From the NCBI GenBank assembly GCA_048213135.1, contig PS015186.1, forward strand, positions 128,591 through 174,904: 46,314 nucleotides of DNA. Direction: 5' to 3'. The position numbers were made by a program, and so were the translations under genes. The notes under the pieces were generated by a model. It was not told the DNA's origin. It saw nothing but the letters and a program-made list of their open reading frames with translations, and did not search any database. The stretch is from Reclinomonas americana ATCC 50394. Taxonomy: Eukaryota. Below, piece after piece: positions 1-12,900 of the stretch; position 1 is the stretch's first letter, and each line of letters starts with the position of its first letter.

Positions 1-2
1 TG

Positions 3-1380
<1,378 letters not shown>

Positions 1381-1410
1381 CCTTCCCCTCATCCCTCCGT
1401 CTCCTCACAG

Positions 1411-4180
1411 CGCCCTTCTCGAACTGGAGATCACCCGCCCTCTCTCCGTGGAATACATGCAGCACGTGCTGGACTCGTTTCCCGCAGCCATTGCCGTGCG
1501 CATCGCCGACGGAGTGCTCATGGATCCCGTGGTCGCGCACGAGCACGATCGCGGAGTCGAGGACTTTGTCGCCGAGCGTCACGAGCTGCTGGCTGAGGTG
1601 CTGGCGGCGGTGACGGAGCAGCGACCGCGCTTGCGCTTCTTGTCGTTGAGTGGCGTGTGTGCGCCCGAGGCCGTGGTTGGGCTGAGCGATGGAATGGCCA
1701 TGCATGAGTGTTTGCGTGACTTGGTGCTCACGGGTGAGCAACACAAGAATTTGAGTCTTTTCCCCCTCCTCCTCTCAATGTCTCTCTCCCATTACGCAGG
1801 CTTATCGCTCGCTCCCTGCGACACCGCCGCCCTCTTCGACGCGCTCTGCACCAACGCCTCGCTGCTGACGCTGGACATCTCGCACAACCCCTCGATGTGG
1901 AATTTCGAGGCTGGCAGAGCAGCAGAGGTGGCGCTGCGCGACAACAAGTGTCTTCGTGTGTTGAATTTGTGTGGTGCGTGAATGATCGTTGCTTGTGATT
2001 CTTGTACTTTCTCTTGCTTCCCTCCTCCTGCTTCCTTCCTCGATGTTTTTGTTTCTTCTTCATTCCATGCGTCCCTCTTCCTTTATCCGTTTTCCGCTTC
2101 ACTTTTCTTCTCTTCCCTCTTGTCCTCCCCCTCCCCTCCCCCTTCTCTTCCCCCTTCTCTTGCCCCTGTCTTTTCTCTCTCATCTCACTCTCCTCTCTTC
2201 CGCTTTCAATTTCACTCCTCTCATTTCCCTCCCTCCCCCATGTCTTCCCCCNNNNNNNNNNNNNNNNNNNNNNNNNNNNNNNNNNNNNNNNNNNNNNNNN
2301 NNNNNNNNNNCCCATCTCTCCCCTTCTATTCTCTCCACATGTCTTCCCCCACCCCTTTCCCCTTCTCTTCCCTCGCTCTTCCCCCTCACCTCTCCCTCTC
2401 TTCCCCCTCTCTTCCCCCCTATCCTCTCCCTCTCACCTTCTCCTTTCCCCCCTTTCCCTTCCCCACTCTCCCTCTCTTCTCCTTCCACCTTGCACAGACA
2501 CCGGCCTGACTGCCCCATGCGCCGCTCGCCTCCTGCTGGGCCTGCACAACAACCGCTTCCTGCGCGAGCTGGTGCTCGACGCCAACGACCTCCGTGAGCA
2601 CTTGCCGGGCGGTGTGCCATACGCCTACACCATTCACATGCAGTCCGAGTTTTGCACGCAGCTAATGCGCTGCCTCTCGTTGAATCGCGACCTCCGCGTA
2701 CTACGCATGAATGGTGCGTCGGCTGCGAAGCTATCTACTTCTTCTGCGGTTCCTGAGAGAAACGCACGCAGCATGCTACCTGGACGACAACATTGTGCTG
2801 GCCCTGGGTCGTGGTCTCGAATCGAACCCGGTCGTCACGCACCTCAGTATCGTCGGCTTCACGTGTGCGGGTCCACTGGCTCCGAATGCCTTGAGCTCGG
2901 CACTCGCGCAGTCGACAATGGCCATCGAGGTGCTCGACATGTCGCAGAGTAGAATGGAGTCGGCGGGCATCGCTGCAGTGGCGCGCGCCCTCGCCGACAA
3001 CCGCAGCGTGCGGGAACTGAATCTCGGAGGTGAGCAGGTTGTTGGGTGACACTCTCGGCTGTTCTGTCTCGCTCGCTCTCTCTCTCCATTGGTCCTTCCT
3101 CCTGTTCATTCTGCCCTGTTCCCTCCGCCCTGTTCCTTCTCCTGTTCCTTCCATTTTTCTTTCTCCTTCATCTTCCCCCTTCTCCTCCCCCCTTCTCCTC
3201 CCCCCTGTTCCCTCCGCCCTATTCCTTGCCCCTGTTGCTTCCATTTTTTCTCCTTCATCTTCCCCCTTCTCTTCCCCCCTGTTTCATCTGCCCGGTTCCT
3301 TCCGCCCTGTTTCTTCCATTTTTCTTTCGTCTTCATCTTCCCCCTTCCTCTCACCCTTTCCCTTCAGCTCCCTTCCTCCTTTCCCTTCTCCCTTTCCCTT
3401 CTCCCTTTCCCTTCTCCCTTTCCCTTCTCCCTTTCCCTTCCACCTTCCCTCTCACCCTTTCCTTGTCCTCTCTCTCCCTTTCCCCTTTCCCCTCACTCTT
3501 TCCCTTCTGCTTCCCTCGCCCTTCCCCTTCTCCTCCCCTTCCCCTTCCCCTTCCTTCTCCCCCTGTCCCCTTTCCCCCTTTCCCCTCTGCGCAGGCCTTT
3601 CCATCACCGACAAGTGCTCCGCCGACGCCCTGGCGCACATGCTGACCCACAATCGATCGATCACCTCACTCGTTCTCTCCCACGCCAACCTGCGCGGCCG
3701 GGAGGCCGTGGAAATCCTCACCGCCCTCGGCCGCAACCGCCATCTCGTCACTGTCGACCTTTCCTTCAACCGGCTCGGCGGCAACGCGCTGGTGAACGAC
3801 GCGCTGGTCGGCGCACTCACTGTCAATCGCCATTTGCGACGACTCGATCTCTCGCACAGTGCGTTTGGTCTCACCGATTTGGCCACGGTGTTGGAGGTGT
3901 TTGCGCAGCGCCGCAATCGCACGCTGCTCGAATTGGTGTTGGAGGGTGCGTCTCTTTTTGTGCACGATGCGTCCTATTTTTTCTCAGAGATTGCGCGCGC
4001 ACAGATAACATGCTGGACGAGACCATTACGGTGCCGCTGCAAGAGTACATGGCACGCAATCGACGTCGACAGCGCCGCAAGATACAGCACAAGGCAGCAC
4101 GATTGCAACGGGAGGAGCTTGCCCGTTTGCGAGCCATGGAGTCCGACGAAGACGATGGCAGTGGTGACGAAGACGACTGA
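1411..4180 (+). CDS. RNI-like (ribonuclease inhibitor/NLRC3-type) leucine-rich repeat protein, 5'-partial. Exons 1411-1733, 1800-1973, 2498-2713, 2772-3029, 3595-3945, 4005-4180
   Basis: Repeated motifs such as NASLLTLDISHN, NRFLRELVLDAN, NRSVRELNLG, NRHLVTVDLSFN and NRHLRRLDLSHS. All five GT-AG introns are phase 1 and join in frame. The C-terminus is charged/acidic and the stop is at 4178-4180. Upstream exons lie in or beyond the gap. Confidence 0.85.
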
Positions 4181-4363
4181 CGAGGGGCACCCTTGATGAA
4201 AGACGGTGGTCGATCGAGAGAAAGCGCGCAAAGCGCTGCTGTCGACGAGGCAGTGCTGTCGGTGGTACGTGCACACACCGAACTCTAGCTTCTCACGCCT
4301 TGTGTGGTCGCGCAAGTGAAGCGATTGCCACTTACCGACACGTGATTGATATTGACTTGTGAT

Positions 4364-5996
4364 TCATTGCACTCGCTCTACCGCCCGCTCCACTCGCTGC
4401 CCCAGCTCGCCCGGTATCCTCCACCGACTGTCGAGTCCGGCGCGCTGCTGCGTCTGCGCGATTAACCTCGCCGCCGCGTCATCGTCGAATGTCACTGTCG
4501 CACCATACGAGAGCGAGGAGAAGTAATCGCCGCCCCACGTGTTGCGGTCGTGCTGCATGTACGTGTACAGCGCAGGCGCGTCGATCGCCAGCACCGTGTT
4601 CTCCGCGACGAGCTGCGCCACCGCGGCCGCGTCCTCGCCGCGATCCAGTGACGGGTACACAGGCATGCTCGAGCGCAAGCACAGCAGCGAGTTCTCCCAG
4701 TAGCGATACATCGGTAAGGCAACCGACGCCGACACGTGAGGCCGCACCAGCTGCAGGCGACGCAACACGCAGGCCAACACAGGCTGGAAACCGTACTTGT
4801 GCTCCTCCACCAGCCCGCGCACACTGAGCAACGCCGACAGCTGCACGTGGATGCGATCACGGTCGTACACGTCGTCGTCGTCCCACACCATCACGTAATC
4901 GCCCGAGGCCTCGCGCACCGACAAGTTGCGCATGTCGCCGAGCTTGCGCGCAGTCGCCTCGTCTGCAACCACCACACGCATGCTGGCGTGCTGATCGCCG
5001 CCAGCCACTGCCGCTGCCAGCACGCGCTGGAGGCCCGGCGCACTGGCCTCCGAGGCCACAATCAGCAACTCCCGCGCCTCGTACGTCTGCTGCATGAACA
5101 GGTAGATTGCACGCGCCGCAAGCGACAGCCGCTCAGGGCGTGAGGAGATCATGAGACATGAGACAGTCGGCATCACTCCATCCGCATCCCGCAGCACACT
5201 CGCGATTGGCGTCACAAAGCCGGCCATTGCCGCCCGACTGGTGTTCTGTGCCGGCACCGACAGCATGTACGGGATATTACTGGTGGCTGTCACGATGCAC
5301 ACACAAACACAGAGTAAGCACCGATACGTGAGCAGCGGACTAGCTACAACACAGCAACACGCGCACACCATGTCCGTCATCGACCAGCTGCAAACGGATC
5401 CGGAGAAACAATAATGAGTGCTCATCCTAATCATCATCGATATATATCAAGCGCATCTCACTCACCCACTCTTGAAAGCTCTCCTCCAGTGACGGGCACA
5501 ACTCGTTTGCTCGTTGCTGCTCTTCAGTGGAGGCCAGTGCCCACACACCGCGTTCACTCTCCAAGTTGTCCTTATTCTCACGCACAGTGGTATCCTCTGC
5601 AGATGTACTGGTGCACCTGAAGAGCAGCATGCTGCCGGTGTCCTTGTCGACGTTGCACCACAGTCGACCACACACGCGCACACTGGAGGGGAAGGAGAGG
5701 TCGGGGCACCAACAACGTCGTCTCTGTGCGTGCAAGTTGTGCGCGCGAAAAATGAGCATATTCACCGAGAGAAGAGAGGAGGAAGGTGCGCACCTCTTCG
5801 CCTGCGGAGGTGAACGCGTGGTACTTGTCTGTGTGCAAGTGTGTGTGTGAGAGAGAGCAGAGAACAAGAGTGCGCGCGCGAAAGAGTGTTTGCATCAGTC
5901 ACCATTGAAGCTAAGCACATCATGGATGCAGTGCGTGACAAGCAGCACCACTGTGATGAGGAGCAGGATGCGCGGGTTCTTCACAGTCCTCCGCAT
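4364..5996 (-). CDS. Type II membrane glycosyltransferase, family 2 (GT-A fold), ~442 aa. Exons 5996-5903, 5828-5794, 5723-5466, 5387-5369, 5286-4364
   Basis: N-terminus MRRTVKNPRILLLITVVLLVTHC is a short basic tail plus a TM segment. Catalytic motifs: PTVSCLMIS, QQTYEARELLIV, LGDMRNLSVREASGDYVMVWDDDD (DxD), RGED, LYTYMQHDRNTW. The exons join in phase (1329 nt). The 5' exons are less certain than the last exon. Confidence 0.8.
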
Positions 5997-7343
5997 GTGC
6001 ACACACGCGCACACTCTCGATTATCAGTTTGTCACGTTCGCAGCGGGTCCGTCATTTGTATTGTCCTCCCCCAATCGCGTCTTCGGACGTCTCGCACTCG
6101 CGTGCATCGTAACACAAGCATCACCTCTGATAGTCCTTGGTTGGAGACGGAGGAAAGAATGGAGAGAGGGAGAGATCGTTTCCTCACACAGAGATCGTGC
6201 AGTTTTTTTGTTTTGCCGATGTTGGGGTGTTCCGGATATGAAATGCAGGTCTTGGTTTGGTGTGCGCCGAAGCGCAAGGGCGTGGATAGACATGATGCAT
6301 TGCCGGACTTGAGCTGCTGTGGACACCAAAGACAAGAAGTGCATCGCCGTCGACAAGTGCATTTGCATTCGAATTCCGCAAACAGTTGTCTGGCGGCGCG
6401 CTGAGACCAACGCTCGTGCACTGACTACGCCTGCAGCAAATGGAAGAGGATGACGACGACAGCAGCAAAGCGATGCGCGAGACACCAGACGCGGAGACGC
6501 GCGGCATGTCACCGACACAACGTTGCGTCTGCGTGTTCCAATCTCAGTTGCGTTGAGGCAGCGCGCTTCTTCACAGTCGCACATATACGCCTGCGTCCAT
6601 CACCCTCTCCTTCTCACCGGAGCCATTCTCCACATCTCCAAATACAAACGCCCTCTTGCTCCACTCCCCTCCGCCTCACACAATCTCTGTTACCTTCTCC
6701 AATCACAATCATTGCCAACGTCCCTCTCCCTCGCACCCCATCCTCCCTTCTCTGCTCACCAATCGCCGCCTTTTTTGCAGCACTCTGCCTCACGCAAGAG
6801 CCGCTCTTAGCCTGGCGCTCCTCTTCATATTATCCTTGCCAACTACTCCCTTTTCCATACTCATCTTCACACAGGCGCCGCCACTCTCCTCCGCCTGATA
6901 AAATCCTGCCCGCCTTCTCCTCGCACCCCCTCCTCCCCTCTCTGCTCACCAAGCGCCACTTTCTTGCAGCACCCTGTCTCACTCTTCGCGTCACATCCCT
7001 TTCCTTCCTATTCTCTTCACGCAAGTGCCGTCCTCTTGCATCAACACTTCCCTCGGCCAAACAGAATCCTGACTGACTTCACTTCCCTTTACACCTCGTT
7101 CTCAGCGCCACCTTCTTGCATCACTCCGCCTCACTCTTGCCAACTTCCCCTTTCCTCACATTTCTCTTCACCTCGCATCCTGCACAACTTCCCCTCCATC
7201 TCCCTTCTCTCTTCCCCCTTCCCTCCGTCCTTCTCCGCAACATTACCATTTACGACAACGCATTCTCTCGCTCACTCTTCTCCTTTCGTCTGGTGATGGA
7301 AAGCGCCTGGGGCACCTCCCGAGGAGAGAGAGAGTGTGTCTCC

Positions 7344-9379
7344 TCAAATCCACGGCGTCCAGCCCTCGTACATGACGCTCAGGTTGTCGAGGCTGATGGC
7401 CTTTTGCGTAATCTGCCGCACTTGCTCGGCCACCGTCAGTTGTCGCGACGACGTCGGACGACCCTCCAGCTTGGCACGAATCCGCTGCACCGCCTCAGCC
7501 GCGTACACATTGCGCGACTGACGCGCGCGCGATGACACTGTGTGGCCGCAGACGTTGTGTGAGCACACACCTTCCACACACCATTCTGTGTTTCTCACCA
7601 CCGCACCTGGTGTTCGTGCCGCGCTAAACTGCCGCTGCACATGCCCGTGCTGCCTTGGGCGACTCGACTCGCCTCCTTCACCCACCATCTCCTCCGCGGC
7701 CGCCGCCGCAGCTTGCAGCTCCAGGTCGAATCCGGCGACATCCCTCTGCGCCAGACCCTCCTCATCGACCGCCACCAACGCTCTGCACCACCACGATGTG
7801 AGCAGCAGCAGCAGCATAGAGCAACAACATCACACGCGTACGCAACACATGGCCCTCCTCGCCGGCCTCCTCCAGAATCAGCGCCTCCTCTTCACCCAAC
7901 AGCTCGTAGTCCTCGCCCAGTGCACCAATAGCGGCCCCAGACGCGCCCAATGCAGCGTCGCCAGCACGCATCAGCAGCACCAGTTGCACATACAGCTGCT
8001 CCGCGCTGCGACTGAGTTTGGCACTCTCTCGCACCGAGCGCAGTGTGCGCGAATCGTCGTCGGAAAAGTTGTTGCCGATGCCCGTTTTCAGCAAATCCGC
8101 CAGACGCCCGACCTCCTCCAGCAGCTGCTCCATGGTGTCGTGCACGACCTTGGACAGGCGATGCAGCTGCGCGTGCTGGTCGGATCGACTCGTGCTCTTG
8201 TGCAACTGCACCAGTGGCTCCTTGAGCTTGTGGAACACGTCGCGCAGGAGCGGCTGATCGGCACTGAGTTGCGCGGCGCAAGGTCGTAGCAAGTCCACAA
8301 ACTCAGAAAACTGCATGGCGAAGGACTCGTGTCAGTGTCTCCAACACCACAGGATGTGCATGGAAGTGAAGGAATGAACCTTAGCATTGAGGGCCAAAAA
8401 GTTGCGCTCCGCCGCCCGCTGACTGGCCACGCTGTGCTGCACCTCGACTCTCGTCGACTCCAACCGCCGTTGCAGCATGTCGTGCATTTCCGAGTACCGA
8501 GCCGTCTCCTTTCTGCGAGAGGCGAAGAAAAGGGGGTCAGCGCGTGTCACACACGGACGCGCCAGCAATGTCGACGCAACTGGTTCTGCAGGCAGTCGAA
8601 TCGCCACGACAGGAACTGCTGTGCAACACCCATCCACTGCTTCTGCACCGCCACACTCTGCTCAGTCGGCAGTCGCACCGATTCCCACTCCACCAGCGTG
8701 CCACAGACATCCAGCAGCAGCTTGTCCTGTGTTTGCAGAGAAACCAAGAAATTCTCAGCAATTCTGATCTTTCCTGTCTCGCCACTCTCTCTCTTTTCCT
8801 TTCTCTCTCTCCCTCTCCCTCTCCCTCTCTCCCCCCACAACTCACATTTTGCATCAGCGCAGTAAACACGTGACTTCTTGCAGCTGTGGCCTGCGAGGCA
8901 CCCATCGCCATTGCCGGCTGTGCCCAGTTGACGGCGTGCAGGAGCTGCTGCTCGGTCCGGCCATACTCGGCCTCACACTGCTGCACCATCGGCTGCAGCG
9001 CGGCCAGACGCATGCACATATTCCGCAAATCCTCCAGGCACTGTCGGCGGTGACTGACTGCCGTCACATCCAGCGGTGACGGGAGCAACCAGTCCATCAG
9101 CATGCGACTCGTCTGCAACTCATGAACCGTGTGCGTGAGGTACTTGATGCGGCCCTCCAGCATTTGTGCGCGGTCCTTGGCGTACTCGCCGCTGCGGGAG
9201 GCGAAGGGGTGAAGAGGTGAAGGGGTGGAGGGGAAGGAGTGAGAGAGGGGAAGGGGAAGAGGTTGAGAGAGGCGATAGAATAATAGAAGCGCAAACTGAG
9301 ACTGACATAGTGGCGGCGAGCGCGACAGCGATTGGGAGGTGCGTACTGTGACAGAAGGGGCAGGATTGCGACCGAGAGA

Positions 9380-9423
<44 letters not shown>

Positions 9424-9874
9424 AGAGGACGACACAAGAAGAGAGAGAGAGAGCGCATANNNNNNNNNNNNNNNNNNNNNNNNNNNNNNNNNNNNNNNNN
9501 NNNNNNNNNNNNNNNNNNNNNNNNNNNNNNNNNNNNNNNNNNNNNNNNNNNNNNNNNNNNNNNNNNNNNNNNNNNNNNNNNNNNNNNNNNNNNNNNNNNN
9601 NNNNNNNNNNNNNNNNNNNNNNNNNNNNNNNNNNNNNNNNNNNNNNNNNNNNNNNNNNNNNNNNNNNNNNNNNNNNNNNNNNNNNNNNNNNNNNNNNNNN
9701 NNNNNNNNNNNNNNNNNNNNNNNNNNNNNNNNNNNNNNNNNNNNNNNNNNNNNNNNNNNNNNNNNNNNNNNNNNNNNNNNACAGACAGACACAGGCAGAA
9801 ATGAAAAACAAAGAGACCACAGAGAGGCACACATACATACACACACGCACACATACACACCAACACACACCAAT

Positions 9875-9909
<35 letters not shown>

Positions 9910-12900
9910 CAACTACATGCACACTTACCTCAAGTACACACTCGAGAACGAATCCATCGCTGCGCATGTGGTCTCCGATGGCTCCATCGACGGTAGCACA
10001 TGCGAATCTACATGAAAGCCATGAGCAAAAAATGCCGAACTCATCACTCCCGCTGCGTTTCTCCCTTTTGTCACAGTTCCACCTTTCCATCTTTCCACTC
10101 TTCCCACCCTTCCCACCCTTCTCCCCCCTTTTCCCCCTTCTCCCCCCTTCCCCCCTTCCCCCTTCCCCCCTTCTCCCCCCTTCCCCCTCCTCACCAGCAA
10201 CGTGCGCCACCAACTCCGCCGGCGGCACACACACGCGCTCGACAAACGTCTCCACCACCGGTCGCACACCCACGTCCAGCAGCAACACAATGTGTTTCAG
10301 CAGCGACTGCCGTGCGGCCTCGTGAATGAGATGCACCGGTAGTGCTTCGAGAGCAGCCGGTCGTGCCGAATCGCCGCCAGCCTCCTCGCGCTCCGCATTG
10401 CCACGCCATTGCACATACAGACGCAACAGGGCCACCACAGTGTCGACGCGCGACACAAACAGCTGCAGCTTGATTTCCCCGGCCTCGTCCGCCGGAGCGT
10501 CGTCGCCATCGCCGGCCTCATCATCGCCGTCGTCGTGGCTGGCACGCGCGTGCCCACTGCGTCGCAGCAGCGTGTCGGGCAGACTGCCAGTGGCCTCCAG
10601 CGGCTGATCGATGAGCTCGTCCAAGTCCAGATCAAGGTCCATGTCCTCCTGAAAGCACACATGAGGTTCGAGACGACATTGTCGGGGCAAGGACGAAAAC
10701 AACGCCAAACATCTTCGTCATCCATCGCCTGCCGATCGCTTCGCTTGCCGCCTGCCTGCGCGCGCGACTCGTGGTCGCCTTCCTCTGCCTCCTCTGTTCC
10801 ATCCATGAGCGTGCGCAGGCCGAGGATACTGCTCTCGGCCTCCGACAGCATGCGGTCGAATGCGGAGAGGACAAGCGACATGTGAGACTGCTGCTGCTGC
10901 TGCTGCATGTGCGGCAGATCCATATACAGCTGCTGCTCGTCATCATCCATGGCCGCAGGTCGCGACTGCTGCGGCTGCAACAGTGCATTGTACTGGCGAC
11001 GAACTTCACCACTCTACGACAAAGTGAGGACTCGCTGTCACCTATCCAATCATCACAGTCGCACGCAACTTGCTCGTCTGCCTGCAACAACCGCTGGCAC
11101 GCCAACATGGACTCCAACAACGTCTCCGCCTCGTGCCTGCTTTGCGAGACGGTGCGCACAAACTGCTGGTGCAGCATGGACGAAAACGCCGACAGGCACA
11201 AACACGCGCCGCGCAGTCCGTTGATCAGATCCATGCCAAACTGCTCCATTTGCTCGCCAGCCGCCTGCCACTCGATGGTACCGTCGTCGTCAACGACTGC
11301 CGCCGCCCCACCACCACCACCACCTCTGCTCCAGCTTTGTCGCGTGGACTGCCGTGCGGCGAGAGAAACAGTCAGCAGGAAAAGGAATAGGAGTACGTGT
11401 CTGACGAGGAATATCGCACCTGAATCGAGCCAGCTGGCAAATGCCGCAGCAACACACCGAGTGCCGATACATCCACCGAGAGCGCCAACAGCGGGTCGTA
11501 TATGTTGGAGGGAATCGACAGGTCCATTGACCAGCCTGGTGGACTGTAAGAATACAGAGAGCGAGGACATTTCTTTTCTTCTCGGCACACTCACCAGCAT
11601 CAAATCCGGCATTCAGCCGATCCAGAGCCTCTCGAACACGACCCTCGGTCCACTGATAGGCCTCCAGCACCAATCGCACATCGCCAGCCGCCCCGACGCG
11701 ACTCATCATCTCACGCGTGCGTGTGAGAGAGCTCTCGTCCCAGGCCGGGAGTTGAGCGAGTTCTCCGGAGCGCAGCTGCAGCTCGCCAACAACATTGTCG
11801 AGTTCGTGAAGCAGCGGCGTATAGTCGGTTCGGGTGATTGGCGGTATTACCGCCAGCACTCGAGCACTATCACCCCCCAAATGAGCCGATATGAGCACGT
11901 GAGAGGCAGAGACACCACAAGAGAAAACAACGACGCACCGCAGCGGTTCAATGGCCTCCGGCGACGCCACCTGCAACACCGAGGAGAGGAGCTCCGCCCA
12001 GCGCACGTACGGTGACGTCTCCAAGTAATTTGGAATGTACTTGAGCAGCAGGTCACGCAGTGCGTGCAGCTGCTGACAGATGGCCTTGACAATGTCCGAT
12101 CGCTGCGGGAGAAAAAGGAGTAAGAGAGGGAAGGGAGAGGAGAACAGTAAAGGAGAAAGGAGAAGAGCGAGGAGGGAACGGTGCACTCGTCAGCGACACT
12201 CATTAACAGGAGAGACAGGGGAAGAGCAGCAGCACTCACTTGCGTCATCAACATCATCAGCTGGTGTTCGAGATTCATCACCGCCGGATCAGTGTTGGTG
12301 GCCTGCACCAATCCCAGGAGAGTGCCGGGCATTGGTGCAAACAGATTGGTCACGAAGCCCTCGAACGCAGGACCCTGCATGGAGAGCGAGTGAACAAAAG
12401 GAGGAAGCCGCAGTAGCAATCACAATTACTCGCTCACCAGCACTAGCATGAGCTTGCCAAGTCGATCGTCACGCCACACCACACAGTCACGGTGAATGGT
12501 GGCCAGTTGCTGACCGACGGGCTGGAGAGTGCTGAGCTCGGCGGATGCATTGCGCAGCTCCACCAAGTGCGCTTCCACCTGACATCAAAGTGAGCCACTG
12601 CTGCCTGCGACCGACAGCGGCAGGTTGCTCACCATTCTCAACTGTCCCTCCACCATCTCCTGATCTGCGGCCAGCTTGCGCCCACGCTCTGCCATGGCCG
12701 CCAGACGTCGCGACTCCTGCTGGAACGCCTCCACCACAGCCGCCGGCTCGCCTGTTGCGTCCGACAGCTGCGCGAGACAGCGAGCGATCGAGGTGGCCAC
12801 ACGCTGGCACGATGCCGCAGACTCCTTGGCCGCCATGAGGAAGCGAGTCAGGGCGGCGTGGATCTCGGCCATCTCCCGCGGCTTCATGTCGAAGCGACTC

